The notes below the pieces were generated by a model. The model was not told where the DNA came from. It did no database searches and saw only the letters and a program-made list of their open reading frames with translations. A stretch of 64,000 nucleotides of DNA. It comes from Octopus vulgaris. Its lineage: Eukaryota. A program made the translations under genes and the position numbers. Numbering within the stretch: the first letter of the stretch is position 1; each line of letters begins with the position of its first letter. Positions 1 through 13,862 of the stretch are shown in pieces. The stretch is taken from the NCBI GenBank assembly GCA_951406725.2, contig OX597815.1, positions 204,538,001 through 204,602,000 on the forward strand, in the 5' to 3' direction.

Positions 1-626
1 CTGTAAATTATTGATTCCAACATCATCTTGGCTCTGAAAGTAGGCAAAGATAAACACCGAATGTATTTCAGGAATTACTCTAAAGATCCCGTTGCTTACC
101 TCTTAGTTGTAGCAGTGGTAGTTATCGTTCTTGTCCCCTTTTTATCTGCTTCTCAAACCTGATCCAAAAAAGCCTATCATTACAGGCGTTCCATGATCAT
201 CTTGTGTTTCTTATGTATCAAGGACTACATTATCGGGAATATATATTGACGAAAAATGTTAAGATCGACAAGAAAATCGAAGAACCGGTGCTTTCAAATG
301 AAGTCTCGAGCGATATTTGTTCTACACTGATTACTAATACACTCTCCAGTTGATCTTGGCACCAGAAATGTAAGAACTGATGCTTGCCCTGTTGCAAATC
401 AGTAAAAAAATGTCGCTACTGTTTACTAATAGTTATACAGAATAAACTTGTTCTTACCTTAAGACGAAAATGGCGTGATTTAAGAAGTATTTAGTTGTTC
501 GTTTCTAACGGGTCGATCTACCATGTACAGTTTCCTTTACCGTCGTTGGTAGCCTTGGGTCAGTCTCCTATAGCAAACCAATGATTAGAGGCATTAGAAT
601 TGTAGCCATCTCGTCATTTATCTATT

Positions 627-629
<3 letters not shown>

Positions 630-713
<84 letters not shown>

Positions 714-792
714 TTATTTGAGGGAATATAAATCCAAACTTACAGGAAAAAAATTCAATTTAGAAATACTAAATCAAATTTCACACAATATA

Positions 793-867
<75 letters not shown>

Positions 868-925
868 TGTGTCTGTGTCTGTGTCTGTGTCTGTGTGTAT
901 GTATATATGTATATGTATATGTATT
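630..925. repeat. (TA)n and (TG)n microsatellites around a short AT-rich spacer
   Basis: (TA)n 630-707, (TG)n/(TGTGTC)n 808-925; explains ORFs 718..927 and 809..997. Confidence 0.95.
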
Positions 926-2269
926 AGAAATGCGGTATTCTGGATGTCTTGTTCCTTTTTAAGGCATTGGGATAAGCTTCCAAAATTATTTGGCTGATAT
1001 TTTTAACAATGAAATAATTACGAAGTGGGTACTTTTGTAGGAAAATATAATTTCTGTCCTCATATTAGTTACAAAAAGAAATATAAATTGTTTCTAATAA
1101 AGGTAAAAGAACTGAAATTTATGGGGAGAGGTTAGTGAATTATACTCATCCAGTACTTGCTTCGTACTTTATCACGATGGCACAGAAGGAATGAAAGAAA
1201 AAGCTGTGATCGTAGTTCTTGAACTTAGAAAGTAGGGTTTGAACAGGTACCGTGTGGCATTTTGCACGACGCTCTAGCGATTCTACAAGTCCATCACTCT
1301 ATGTAAAAATATTCTTGTCTACTCTAGGCACAAGGCCCGAAATTTGGGGGGAAGGGGTCAGTCGATTAGATCGACCCCAGTAAGTAACTGGTACTTAATT
1401 TATCGACCCTGAAAGGATGAAAGGCAAAGTCGGCCTCGTCGGGCTAAACAAAAATATTAATTAAAAAATGTGACTGGGGTTGAAGTTCGCTTTCCAACCA
1501 CATTGTTCCGAGTTCGACCCCCACTGCTTAGCAAATGGTACCAGTGTCTTCTATTCCATCCCCTTTTTTCATTAATATAGTGTGTAGTTGACAGGAACCG
1601 TTCAGAAGTTCGTTGAACATGTGTGCGCACGCGTGGGTGTATTTGTGCACGCGCGCGCGAGCGCCTGTGTGTTTTCCTTTGCATTCTTGATCTGAAATGC
1701 GTTGTAGGGTATGTGAGCATTCCTCTACACTCAGAAGTTCCACAAATAGACACCACTAAAATAAGTACCCGAGTGAAATAGATATTGTAGTCAACAATAT
1801 CATCTTAACCATTGAAGGCAGTGCTACAGTATGACCACAGTTCAATGATCGAAACCAGTAAAATGATAATAAAAGAGAAATTTTAATAGTACATATTTTT
1901 TCAATAAAGGAAATGCAATTACCTGATCTCACAGTGAAATATCTTAGTTATTTAATTTAATAGATTTCCTTGTTCTATTTTTCATATACTTTTGTTTTTA
2001 AGTAAATGAACCTTTGCAGTTTTCTTGAGTCTTTTTTTTTATTTTTGATTAAGATATTTCAAGGAACTCCTACAACGAAAGAGTTGATTAAGAAAATAAA
2101 GTATTCGAAGTCGAATCGTGAGGTCATAAATAATATACATGACGTCAAAGCTAACAAACATAGATTTACTTTGACATCGTACAAAGCTGACTTGTGTAAG
2201 GCTGAGCAGTAAATTAACTGGATCTTAATATACTGATGTCTAACGTTGATACATTTGGGAGGTAGTGAA

Positions 2270-2655
2270 GATGTAATCGATTAAATCAACTTGGTTGGTA
2301 CTTTATTTTATTGACTTGAGACGGATAACGAATACAGAAGACCTCGGCGGGATTTGAAATCAGACCATAAAAAATCCAAAAGAAATATCGCAAAGCATTT
2401 TTTCAGAGACTAACAATTCTTATTTCTTTACTACCCTCAAGGGGCTAAACACAGAAGGGACAAACAAGGACAGACAAACGGATTTAGTCGATTATATCGA
2501 CCCCAGTGCGTAACTGGTACTTATTTAATCGACCCCCGAAAGGATGAAAGGCAAAGTCGACCTGGGCGGAATTTGAACTCAGAACGTAGCGGCAGACGAA
2601 ATACTGCTGAGCATTTCGCCCGGCGTGCTAACGTTTCTGCCAGCTCACCGCCTTA
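2270..2655 (-). mobile_element. tRNA-derived SINE, family C (Nin/Deu-like core), young copy adjoining an older degenerate copy
   Basis: Minus strand reads head AAGGCGGTGAGCTGGCAGAAACGTTAGCACG, core GCCTTTCATCCTTTCGGGGGTCGATTAAATAAGTACC and tail GGGTAGTAAAGAAATA; same family recurs many times in the window. Confidence 0.85.
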
Positions 2656-2897
2656 GCTAATCAATGTTAAATCTATCTGTAATGATATATCATATGCAAA
2701 GTACAAGGAAATTTTAATTTATCAAATTCAATATTTTAATACAAGCATCATTGATACTTATATGATTTGCAAAGGGATGAAAGGCAAAGCAGTCACCGGG
2801 AAAATTGTATGCAGAAACGTGACATAGAAAACAAAATAGTATATAAGTTATTCGATGATTCATGCGGATTTCATCTGCAGATTAGTAGTATATATAC

Positions 2898-2961
<64 letters not shown>

Positions 2962-2963
<2 letters not shown>

Positions 2964-3269
2964 CACGAACGATCACGAAACCGACCAGACCATCAGATGT
3001 TGTTACACACCGCTGGTCACAATGCGTTCGCATTGTTTTAGCCTTCAAATGACGCCACCCCGCTGGCTAAGCGAGCAGACTAACAGACGAAAGAGTGATA
3101 GAAAGAGTGGTGAAAGAGTACAGCAGGGATCACCACCCCCTGCCGGAGCCTCGTGGAGCTTTTAGGTGTTTTCGCTCAATAAACACTCATAACGCCCGGT
3201 CTGGGAATCGAAACCGCGATCCTACGACCGCGAGTCCGCTGCCCTAACCACTGGGCCATTGCGCCTCCA
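2962..3269 (-). mobile_element. tRNA-derived SINE, family B (octopus OR-type head)
   Basis: Minus strand GGAGGCGCAATGGCCCAGTGGTTAGGGCAGCGGACTCGCGG...GGTTTCGATTCCC with A/B boxes; head shared with copies at 13039, 32757, 43214 and 47115. Confidence 0.85.
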
Positions 3270-3642
3270 TATGTATATATATATTTATTTATTTGTGTGA
3301 GTATGTATTTGTCCCCTATAACCGCTTGACAACCGCTGCTGGTGTGTTTACGTCCCCGTAACTTAGCAATGTTCGGCAAAAAAAGATCGATTGAATAAGT
3401 ACCAAGTCTCAAAAATAAGCCCTGGGGTCGATTTGTTTGACTAAAATCCCCCAAGACGGTGATCCAGCATGGCTGAAGTTAAATGACTGAAACAAATAAA
3501 AGAATTTTTTAAAAATAATAAAACAACATGAAAAACAAATAAATTCAAAGTACGACAGGGACTCAAGTGCTTTCTCAAGTTTTTTCACCCTCTTATCTTA
3601 TACGTTGATAGCATAGAGGTAACATTTAAACATTCAGTGTTG

Positions 3643-4436
3643 TTAACCTTGTTTCCACAGCAGTGTGAGAGGTAGGAACATAATTAAAAAACATCGTCTA
3701 AAGGTAAGGTCATGTTTTTGCTAATTTGTTATTTTGTTGTTGATGTTGATGACAATCATCATGATGTTGGTGATGTAGAAGAAAAAGTGGAAGAGAGAGA
3801 GGAGAATGTGTTCATTGTTCTGTATATCGTTTAAATATATAGTTTAAGCTTTAAAGGGTGGACATCATCGACTGATGTTTTAGTAAAGAACGGCGGACAT
3901 TATCGATTGATGTTCTAGTAGAGAACAGTGGACATCATCAATTGATGTTTTAAAAATATACATGGATATGATCATCCTCGATTGACGCCTGGGTGTCTAC
4001 TTCATCAAATGCACGTAAGTGTATCAAGTTGCAAATGGAATATTTATACAGCGGTACGGAAGATTTTTCTGATTTTCTTTCATCGTCAGATGAAGTAGAT
4101 GATGATGCCGCTCTAGATAGCACAGAATGAAGTGATACCTCAACTAGCACAGAATGAAGTGATACCTCAACTAGCTCCAAACGGAAAAACTGTACCGATC
4201 GTTCTCCATTTGTATATTTGTTTGACAACTTCAATGCGGGAATCTCAAATGAATTTTTGCTCAAATGAATTTGTTGCCCTTTTGTCTTAATTTTTTATAA
4301 CCTTAGAGAGTTAAAATACTATTTTCATAGTTTGTTTTTAAAGTGAAAATAAGTATAAAAATTATTTTCTGTTTTTGTTCCCTCCAAACATAGGTAAAAA
4401 CATTCATGCAGTCTTTTCTTGCTGTTTAAGGGTTAA
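3643..4436. mobile_element. possible degenerate piggyBac-like non-autonomous element with internal tandem repeats
   Basis: TTAACC at left and AGGG-TTAA at 4429-4436; internal ~33-bp repeat x3 (3859-3950) and 27-bp duplication (4118-4175); TIR match is weak. Confidence 0.25.
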
Positions 4437-4740
4437 TGCACCATCACCATTATTAAAATATTTCATATCAATTATCACAAACCCTTTGCAAAACATATAT
4501 ACACATACACTAAGATAAACATCCCACATACAAACAAACAAATACTTGTATGTATCTATATACTAGAGTTAACTGGGACTGCAAGTTATCCCTAAGCGTT
4601 TTATTTAATAAACTGTCCAGAAATTGAAAGCGTGTATATACAATAATCATGTCAGTTTTATACGACTGCGTAAGCAGGTGTGAGTAAACGTGAATACGTA
4701 AGCACCTCAAAGGATCAACACCAGGCATCCATATTACATA

Positions 4741-4773
<33 letters not shown>

Positions 4774-4990
4774 CATACATACATAAGTACATACATACAT
4801 ACATACATACATATTTTACTTGATATTGAAACTACTGCTGAAAACTTTGTCAACAAAATTAATATCAATACCGCCCTCTGTACTTACGGACTCGATATAC
4901 ATATACAAATTTATACATACATATATATAAACACACACACGCACACATAAATATATGTGCTGTATGTATCTGTGTATATGTATATATATT

Positions 4991-5262
4991 ACTCTTTTAC
5001 TCTTTTACTTGTTTCAGTCATTTGACTGCGGCCATGCTGGAGCACCACCTTTAATCGAGCAAATCGACCGGGACTTATTGTTTGTAAGCCCAGTACTTAT
5101 TCTATCGGTCTCTTTTGCTGAACGTAAACACACCAGCATCGGTTGTCAGGCAATGCTAGGGGGACAAACACAGACACACAAACATATACACACACACACT
5201 TATATATTTATACATATATACGACAGGCTTCTTTCAGTTTCGGTCTACCAAATCCACTCACA
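4991..5262 (-). mobile_element. tRNA-derived SINE, family A, partial
   Basis: Reverse complement of family A 3' half (GCTCCAGCATGGCCGCAGTCAAATGACTGAAACAAGTAAAAGAGTAA). Confidence 0.85.
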
Positions 5263-5633
5263 ACTCAAGAAAACCATGTTAAGCACTAAAAATATATTAT
5301 CCTAACCAGACTCACCTCAACTTCTAAAAACCAGAAACTGCTACATTTTCATCGTAACAGGTTTTCAAACAGGACTCACTTAATACTATTGCCGTTTGCC
5401 ACTAATCCTTTTGTGTACAGAAGTTCACTAATAGTAGAGGTTTCCATTAAATAGCGATTTTTTACTTTAATTAAGAGCTGAAAATATTGTACGACTTAAT
5501 AAAAGCAGATTAACCGTTAAACTGGATAATTGGGGATAATGGAAACTTATCTTGTGCTTGTTTTGAGAAATATTATAAAACTTTTCTAGAGTTTTTTTTC
5601 TAGTATCGGTGATACTAGAAATTTACAAGCATT

Positions 5634-5680
<47 letters not shown>

Positions 5681-5888
5681 TTATCTATCTATCTATCTCC
5701 CACTCCTTGTTGATCTACACAAATGGCTGTTCTATAATGTTGGAAACTTATTACATGTAAAATGACATAGTGTTATGTTCCGTAAGTAACAAACTATCAA
5801 ACGTCCCATGCGTTCAAACAATCAAACATTTCATGAGTCAGAATTTGATAAAACATTTGTTTTACAATATTAACATATTACTACTTAC

Positions 5889-6290
5889 CACGCAGGAGTG
5901 GCTGTGTGGTAAATAGCTTGCTTACCAACCACATGGTTCCGGGTTCAGTCCCACTGCGTGGCACCTTGGGCAAGTGTCTTCTGCTATAGCCCCGGGCCGA
6001 CCATAGCCTTATGGATTTGGTAGACGGAAATTGAAAGAAACCCGTCGTATATATGTATATATATATATGCGTGTGTGTGTTTGTGTTTGTCCTCCTAGCA
6101 TTGCTTGACAACCGATGCTGGTGTGTTTATGTCCCCGTTACTTAGCGGTTCGGCAAAAGAGATCGATAGAATAAGTACTGGGCTTACAAAAGAATAAGTC
6201 CTGGGGTCGAGTTGCTCGATTAAAGGCGTTGCTCCAGCATGACCGCACTCAAATGACTGAAACAAGTAAAAGAGTAAAAAGTGTAAGAGT
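5889..6290 (+). mobile_element. tRNA-derived SINE, family A
   Basis: Head GCAGGAGTGGCTGTGTGG...GGTTCCGGGTTCAGTCCCACTGCGTGGCACCTTGGGCAAG, internal TA/TG microsatellite, (GTAAAAGA)n tail. Confidence 0.9.
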
Positions 6291-6376
6291 ATATAAATTC
6301 AACATTGGAATTTGAGAATCATATATCTTTTCTACAAAGCTTGAAACGTTTCAAGGAAAACACTGGCTCCCATACA

Positions 6377-6451
<75 letters not shown>

Positions 6452-7532
6452 AGAAAGAAATGTTTGTAAATTCCTTGCGGAATATAATATAGGGATCGAT
6501 TTTCTATTATATAAAATATAGCTTTGAATAAAATTACTTTAACAAATCGAATTGCCAGAGTGTCGTACCAAACGGATCAAGAGAGAGTCAAAAGTATCAA
6601 TTTGGTACGAATGTACCGAAAATGGCATTCTTGGTGTTAGTCGTCGTTCTAATAAGTTAGGCTTCGTCTGGATCATGCCATTAAGTTAATCAATGCCGAA
6701 GCTTAACTATTTATCTAGTACGTGGAAAATAAATATCTCAGTACAAAAGTTTGCCTAAACTCTCGATTCTAGATCTACTAATGATCTATGAAGGAAAGGA
6801 AAAAAAATCTGATTCCGTGAATTACTTTCAGACTATAATTATTTTCATCTTTAATGAAACGTTTCACTTTATAAAATGTTTAATGTGTTATAAGCTATGT
6901 CATGTTGACGCTTTCTAAACCGAATGAAATAGTGTTATCCATGATTGCCGATTAGAAATTTTAAGAATTACTAAATAAGTAAATAAAATATATCAAACGT
7001 GAATTTTATGCATCTTTTTCTTTGTGAGCTCTTAATTTCAATTTCAAATGTCTAATCCTGACTAACATCATGACGAAGTGATCATCTCCTTTGTAATAAC
7101 TGTAACAAGTAAGGAAACCACTTGTGTTTAAATGCTGTAAGTTCTACTAATTTACAGCTGTATGCATACAACGGCCTACAAAGAGCCTTTGGTTCTACAG
7201 TTGGCAATTGAAAAATCTTTGATGAACTCTACAAATTTGTAAGCAAAACGTGTAGACATATGAGAATGTTTTGAGTTGCATTGTCATGGAACAGAAGAGA
7301 GGAGTATGTTTCTTTAGATATTAAAAAATATATTTATATACTTATTACGCTTACAAAAATACTACTGAGCTACAAAAATACTTCCAAAAATACTACTGAG
7401 TTACTGCCAACTCAGTCAAAAATGTTCAGATAAACTGTTCATATAGATCTACAGTTGTGTGTCTTTTTCAGTAACGCTTTCAACGGCATTAGACGTGAAT
7501 ACATCTTAGAGACGTGTCTAAGGCGTACTCTC

Positions 7533-9150
7533 TCATTGCACCCGTTTGCATACCTCTCCTATGGAACACTCAGCACACTCACGGCTGCTGACAACAGCTC
7601 TAGCCACCGATATCGGTGAGGCGATCTGGTAGAGGATGACCAGGCGTACTGCGTAAAGGAGCGTAGGCAGGATAAAACAATTCCTCAAGGGGAAGAGCGC
7701 CGGGTGCATGTCAATGAGGCGCAATCTCTCAGTTATCTTGCATACGTTCGCAAGCTTGTTCTCCAGACACTCTGTTATGAATTTTGGGAGGATTAGGGAG
7801 CCAAGAATGCAGACGGTAACCCTTGATGTCAGCCGAGCCCCAGCCAAGACGGACTGCATGCTGAGTACGACATCCTGAAAGTCAGCCTTACCGTAGCACA
7901 CCTCTGACTTGGACTGGTTGATCTCAAGTCAAAGAAGCTTTAGGAATAGGATAACCCAATTACAGATTCAAACGAGCTACCCAGGGTAGCGACATTGAAG
8001 GGCGAGCCGACTGAACGGGCAACATCATCGACAACCAACGTAAAAAACGAGTGGACTAAGAAGGTCACCATGCTGAACACTCATTTCACAGAAAGCACAA
8101 TAATAGAAAAAGATCATTAAACATATAAAATAGCAAATTATTGTGGAAAAGCCCATATCTGCCTCATTAAGGAAGCAAAAAAACAAAGAACAAAGAAAAG
8201 GATGTAGATTAAGCTGCAGAAAATTGAGGGAGTAGAGTTGTACATCCCGGAACGAATGTATATATGTATATATTTATGTATGTATGATGTGTGATGGCTT
8301 CCTCCATTCCGCATTGAACCTGGCTCTGCTGGCCTATTTTACCTCAATCTCCTTCAGCTGCACCTTCATCGGCGAGGTACTCCGCGGATGACTGAACACA
8401 ATGTGGCCCAGGAACTGGTGTCAGCTCTAGCCGATTAGACCGTTGATAGCCTTGCCGTCGCCCAACATAACTGGGAATGACATTACATGCAAGTTTTCCT
8501 TCGGGTAGATTGAGAACTAACACCATCACCGTCTCACCTGCCTCGGTCCCGCTTCGCAGCAAAACAGCGCCACGTGACTCAATTCGATTCCCTTCTCATC
8601 AACCAGTGATGAGTGAACTCGTACCGGAGTGGCCCGGCATCTCGATTTCCGCGCGTCTGAGTAGCACAAAGGCCGTTGCGGGGCGGTAGTCGATGGATTC
8701 TGCCTTCGTTCATTATCCAGCTGTCATAACGCGGGCCAGTTCCCCCGACACGCTACTCTGAATGACACATAATTAGAAGGGGCCTCGATGCGGCTGACTT
8801 CCCATTACAACTGGAGCAAGTAGGACTTGACTGCGGGGATGGTAAGCACCCCAACAGTGTAATTCTCTTTCCATGCGAGAAAGATAGATCCCTAATCTGA
8901 GACTTGACGTAGTTTTACTACATCGGCCGCAAACCTGGGAAGTTAGAAAAAAAAAAAAAGAAAAAAGGGGGCCCGACCAGCCGTTATCTGTATCTGCCGG
9001 TCGCTGACGACACCTCAGGTGTCCTCAGACCCCCACCCTGCTGATTTTCTCCGCAAAATCGTGATAACTGCGCCCGTCTGAGAAGTGAACCCCGCACGGT
9101 GTAGTGGCTGCTGCAGCGAGTGTCCGCGGCAAAGCCCTTTCACTCGTGCC
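7533..9150 (-). mobile_element. degenerate CRE/SLACS-like non-LTR retrotransposon RT fragment
   Basis: Minus-strand SVQHGDLLSPLVF (GVQQGDPLGP-type RT motif), LEINQSKSEV, ILGSLI and HPALFPLRNCFILPTLLY; upstream ELTPVPG resembles L.P.QLG; GC-rich and frameshifted. Confidence 0.6.
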
Positions 9151-9390
9151 CCCCACACACACACATACGCATCTCTATGCATTTACGTACACACACACAC
9201 ATCATACACACATACATTCGTTCCAGGATGTACAACTCTACTCCCTCAATTTTCTGCAGCTTAATCTACATCCTTTTCCTTGTTTTTGTTTTTTTTTGCT
9301 TCCTTAATGAGGCAGATATGGGCTTTTCCACAATAATTTGCTATTTTATATGTTTAATGATCTTTTTCTATTATTGTGCTTTCTGTGAAA
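8084..9390. repeat. ~200-bp inverted repeat pair (8084-8293 / 9196-9390)
   Basis: TTTCACAGAAAGCACAATAATAG...GTACATCCCGGAACGAATGTA is the near-exact reverse complement of 9213-9390. Confidence 0.95.
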
Positions 9391-9695
9391 ATATACTGTT
9401 AATAAACACAAAGTCTAATTCCGTTTGAAAGAATAAAGATCCTATGATTTGCATTTTAAAGCGTATATTTTCATTCGTGGAACAGTATAGGATGTGGAAG
9501 TGTTCACTAATGAGATAGATAATGTGATTATATAAATATAAATACTAGAATGAGTATCCGGTCTTTAAACAACACACAGACACACGCACATTATCTATTT
9601 AATTATGTAGTTATGTGAGTGTGTGAATGTGTATGTTGTTATCTATCTACCTATCTATCTCACTCCCTCTTTCTCTTTTTTCTTTCTCTCCCTCG

Positions 9696-9731
<36 letters not shown>

Positions 9732-9913
9732 CTCTCGCTCTCTCTCTCTCTCTTTCTTTCTGTATGTGTGTAGTCTTGTATAGAATCGATGTATAAACAT
9801 CGTTTAAGAATTGTGGAATGGGCCAACAGATTTTGGGGATACGACGATACGCCATAAAACTAAACCCTTTATGGACGGGAAACCTAAGGTAATCCCATAA
9901 ACCGGTCTCTCCC

Positions 9914-9970
<57 letters not shown>

Positions 9971-10064
9971 ATCCAAACATGAAAGCACAAAAAAACACAA
10001 CAATGCGAGGACGTGGAACAAATATAGTATTGTTGGACGCTCAGGAAAGAAAGAAAGAAGGAGG

Positions 10065-10099
10065 GTTTAACGTTTCGAGCGGAGCTCTTCGTCGGAAAC
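10065..10099 (-). ncRNA. minimal hammerhead-ribozyme-like motif (variant core) in a Penelope-type short repeat
   Basis: GUUU-CCGACGA-A-GAGC-UCC-GCUC-GAAACGU-U-AAAC: stems I and II, palindromic stem III; core has U4 to C. Confidence 0.5.
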
Positions 10100-10194
10100 A
10101 TAGGGGAAGGAAAGATCCAGAGAAGGGAAGACAGTGGGAAAAAATCTCCAACGGAACACACGCGGTCACATTTTAATATATATATATATGTTGT

Positions 10195-10502
10195 TGTTGT
10201 TGTTTTTCTTTCTCGAGTCACGCTTGGCTCATAAGGGCCGGTTTCCCGGTTTCCTTGGCGTATAGGTTCCCCACATGGACAGGACGCCGGTCCGTCGCAG
10301 GTGAGCTGCAAGATGCAGGAGGAAAGAGTGAGAGAAATTTGTGGCGAAAGAGTCAGCAGAAGTTCGCCATTACCTTCTGCCGGAGCCACGTGGAGCTCAG
10401 GTGTTTCGCTCATAAACACACACATCGCCCGGTCTGAGATTCGAACCCTCAATCCCTCGACCGCGAGTCCGCTGCTCTAACCACTAGGCCATGTGCCTCC
10501 AC
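10195..10502 (-). mobile_element. tRNA-derived SINE, family B-related subfamily
   Basis: GTGGAGGCACATGGCCTAGTGGTTAGAGCAGCGGACTCGCGG...GGTTCGAATCTC head; (AAC)n tail. Confidence 0.8.
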
Positions 10503-10514
10503 ACACACACACAG

Positions 10515-10547
<33 letters not shown>

Positions 10548-10829
10548 CACATATAACTATATTTGCTTACTTAGCTAAGGACGTGTCTATTAGTGTGTGC
10601 ATGTAAGTGTGTGTAAGTGTGTGTGTGTGTGTGTAAAGATACTGGAAATAATCCATATACAATATATGCTTAACTCTACACGAACAAATATTCTACTGAA
10701 AATAATACAAAAATAGATGTTAATTTTTTTTTATTGACAAGCATAGGTGGTTGAAATTGTACACGTTGGTAGAGTAAGTATTCTTCTACAATCCCTTTCG
10801 TTCTTATTCTTCAACATTGCAAACAAATA

Positions 10830-11760
10830 ATGGGCTCCGAAATAACGCAGGAAGGGTGTACTCACAGGTCGCTTTTGTTGATGACCCTATTGACATGAGT
10901 AATGTGTGTATATGGAGGAAGAACTTTAAAGAGCAGGAAATAAGCATTGACGACAAACCACACAGTGGGAGACCTTCAGCTGCCACGGCTGACGCAAATA
11001 CTCAGCGATTGGACAATTTGTTACGCGCAGCCAAATGAATTACGATCCCTGAGCTTAAGCACAACTAAATTGCGGGCACAGTGCATTACAGGAAACTTTG
11101 GGTATCGAAAAGTGGGTACAAAGTGGTTACCTCGGTAGATAATGCCCAATTTAAGGAGAGAACTGTGGAAGTCTACTCTATCTGCCGGAATCGTTTGAAA
11201 GCAATGAAGAAAATTTTCCCGACAGGAGATGAAATGTGGTCATAACTTTATGGCCCAGAAACGAAGATTCACTGCATACATTGGCGTCACGTCTCTTCTC
11301 CAAGACTTAAGAAGAACAAAAGCTAACAATCGGCACAGAAATCATTGAGTCTTTTTTTTTATTCTCTTTGATTCTCTCTTGAATATTTAGATTCGCCGTG
11401 AACAGTGTACCGCACATTCAGGAAGCCAAAAAATCTTTTGGGATCCCCTTGGCGGAAAAAAACCCCCCAACAAGAAACTGGAAATTATGCACGTACATCT
11501 TTGGCGAAAAAACGAGACAAATGGTAAATTGGACTGGGAAGTGAACCACTTCCCCCGGACAGCTCAAATCCAGCATCTTGGATCCAATGAAAGACAGTCC
11601 ACGGGGACCAAGATTGGGTGATATGCAGAAAGTGAAAATAATTATGAAGAAAAAGATAAAACAGTGCACACCTTAAATTTTTCTAAAAGGATTCACTTGT
11701 TGGGTTCAACCAGGACACAAATGCATCTTCTGCTATGGAGACTATTTTGAGTAGTACACT
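10830..11760 (+). mobile_element. highly degenerate mariner transposase remnant
   Basis: IDDKPHSGRPS, FGYRKVGTKWLPR (WVPR-like), TGDEMW and degenerate WEV/SPDLAP region with many stops and frameshifts. Confidence 0.7.
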
Positions 11761-12440
11761 TAAATAAAGGATGAGTTATTCAAACCATCATATGGAAGTT
11801 GAACAACTTATGTTAGATAACAAGAAACGTTATGGCCACTCTTGCCTTACAGACATACAACCTTATCTGGAGTCCTGGGGACAAGGAATGTTTCGGAATT
11901 TGGAATTTTTAGGATTTTGGAGACGGTAGTACACTATATTCATAAAATGAATTCTTGACATTATGATTCATGATCCCAATGAATATCCTAGATTGACTTC
12001 CCCGCTAACCAATTTTGAAAATAAATTCTGTTTCGTGTATGTCTTAATCCTAAGCTGAACTTAAATTTTGGGCCCTTGGGAATAAGATTACAGAGTATTG
12101 ATAGGTCTAATCTAGTTGGACATGTGGTCGTTTTTATCAGCTTACGTAGTTATCACTGATAAGATCGCTCATAGCAAAGGTTAATGTAAAGATACACGGT
12201 AAACAAGACACCTACGTGCTAAACATCTCGCAAATGTATGTAAACACAGCCTAATGAAAGTATTGCACCGAAGTATTCATTTGCACTGTAAATATTTACA
12301 ATGTGTGGAACAACTAAAGATTTTCAATATAAATGCGTGCTTTTGTGTGCAAACGACATCCGCTTATGAAATTGTGTGCCTGCATTAGATTTAGCTCTGT
12401 CTCTAGGTATCGAGCACTTTCATTGTATTAATAATCATAT

Positions 12441-12547
12441 ACTGCGTGGCATATTGGGCAAGTGTCTTCTGCTATAGCCCCGGGCCGACCAATGCCTTGT
12501 GAGTGGATTTGGCAGACGGAAACTGAAAGAAGCCCGTCGTATATATG

Positions 12548-12641
<94 letters not shown>

Positions 12642-12840
12642 TGTGTTTGTCCCCCTAGCATTGATTGACAACCGATGCTGGTGTGTTTACGTCCCGTCAC
12701 TTAGCGGTTCGGCAAAAGAGACCGAGAGAATAAGTACTGGGCTTACAAAGAATAAGTCCCGGGGTCGATTTGCTCGACTAAAGGCGGTGCTCCAGCATGG
12801 CCGCAGTCAAATAACTGAAACAAGTAAAAGAGTAAAGAGT
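12441..12840 (+). mobile_element. SINE family A, 5'-truncated
   Basis: Matches other family A copies from ACTGCGTGGC to the GTAAAAGAGT tail. Confidence 0.9.
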
Positions 12841-13038
12841 ATACCAATAAATTAGAGCATTGTCTATAATCTTCCCTTTTCAACTAAGTAGAGTATTCTA
12901 TTATGTTAATTCATTTAACTTATTCTTCTAGAGATGTTTCAATATTCATATTTAAAATATTCTTTTTTTGTGTTCACTCTATTTATTCAGATGCGTTTCA
13001 GCTTTTTACAAAAACATATAACATTAGGTTAGGTATAG

Positions 13039-13413
13039 AGTTACGACGACGAGGGTTCCGGTTGATCCGAATCAACGGAACAGCCTGCTCGTGAAATTAA
13101 CGTACAAGTGGCTGAGCACTCCACAGACACGTGTACCCTTAACGTAGTTCTCGGGGATATTCAGCGTGACATAGAGAGTGACAAGGCCGGCCCTTTGAAA
13201 TACAAGGTACAACAGAAACAGGAAGTAAGAGTGAGAGAAAGTTGTGGTGAAAGAGTACAGCAGGGTTCACCACCATCCCCTGCCGGAGCCTCGTGGAGCT
13301 TTTAGGTGTTTTCGCTCAATAAACACTCACAACGCCCGGTCAGGGAATCGAAACCGCGATCCTATCTATGACCGCGAGTCCGCTGCCCTAACCACTGGGC
13401 CATTGCGCCTCCA
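13039..13413 (-). mobile_element. SINE family B with TSD
   Basis: Near full-length copy flanked by direct repeat AGGTATAGAGT. Confidence 0.9.
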
Positions 13414-13677
13414 GGTATAGAGTATTATAAGATTTTTCGTATCCTCCACTGACGGTTGCTTATGTCACACGTGAAACCTCTCATATAGGTTATGTATTTC
13501 AGTATTTGCACTTATTATATAAATTGAGTCGCTTCTAGTACATTTAACTGTTCAACTTTAAAAACAACAGAAATACATCTAACAGTAAAAATCTGCATCT
13601 GACCTTGGAACTAAAACCAAGTTATGCCCACCCCACGTACACATGCGTGCTTAATGTCTATGAGTATATGTGTGCCT

Positions 13678-13862
13678 GTGTGTAAGAGCATGTTATATCT
13701 GTGTGTATAAGTATATGTGTATAAGAGCATGTTATATCTGTGTGTATAAGTATATGTGTATAAGAGCATGTTATATCTGTGTGTATAAGTATATGTGTAT
13801 AAGAGCATGTTATATCTGTGTGTATAAGTATATGTGTATAAGAGCATGTTATATATGTGTGT
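13678..13862. repeat. 39-bp minisatellite, ~4.7 copies
   Basis: Unit TGTGTATAAGAGCATGTTATATCTGTGTGTATAAGTATA; 13-aa periodicity in ORF track. Confidence 0.9.

Noticed and set aside
2140-2147. Perfect CRE palindrome TGACGTCA
   Set aside because: A single 8-mer is expected by chance in 64 kb; no linked gene identified
13678-13862. Regular repeats resembling a CRISPR array
   Set aside because: Head-to-tail identical units with no unique spacers, eukaryotic context, no cas genes
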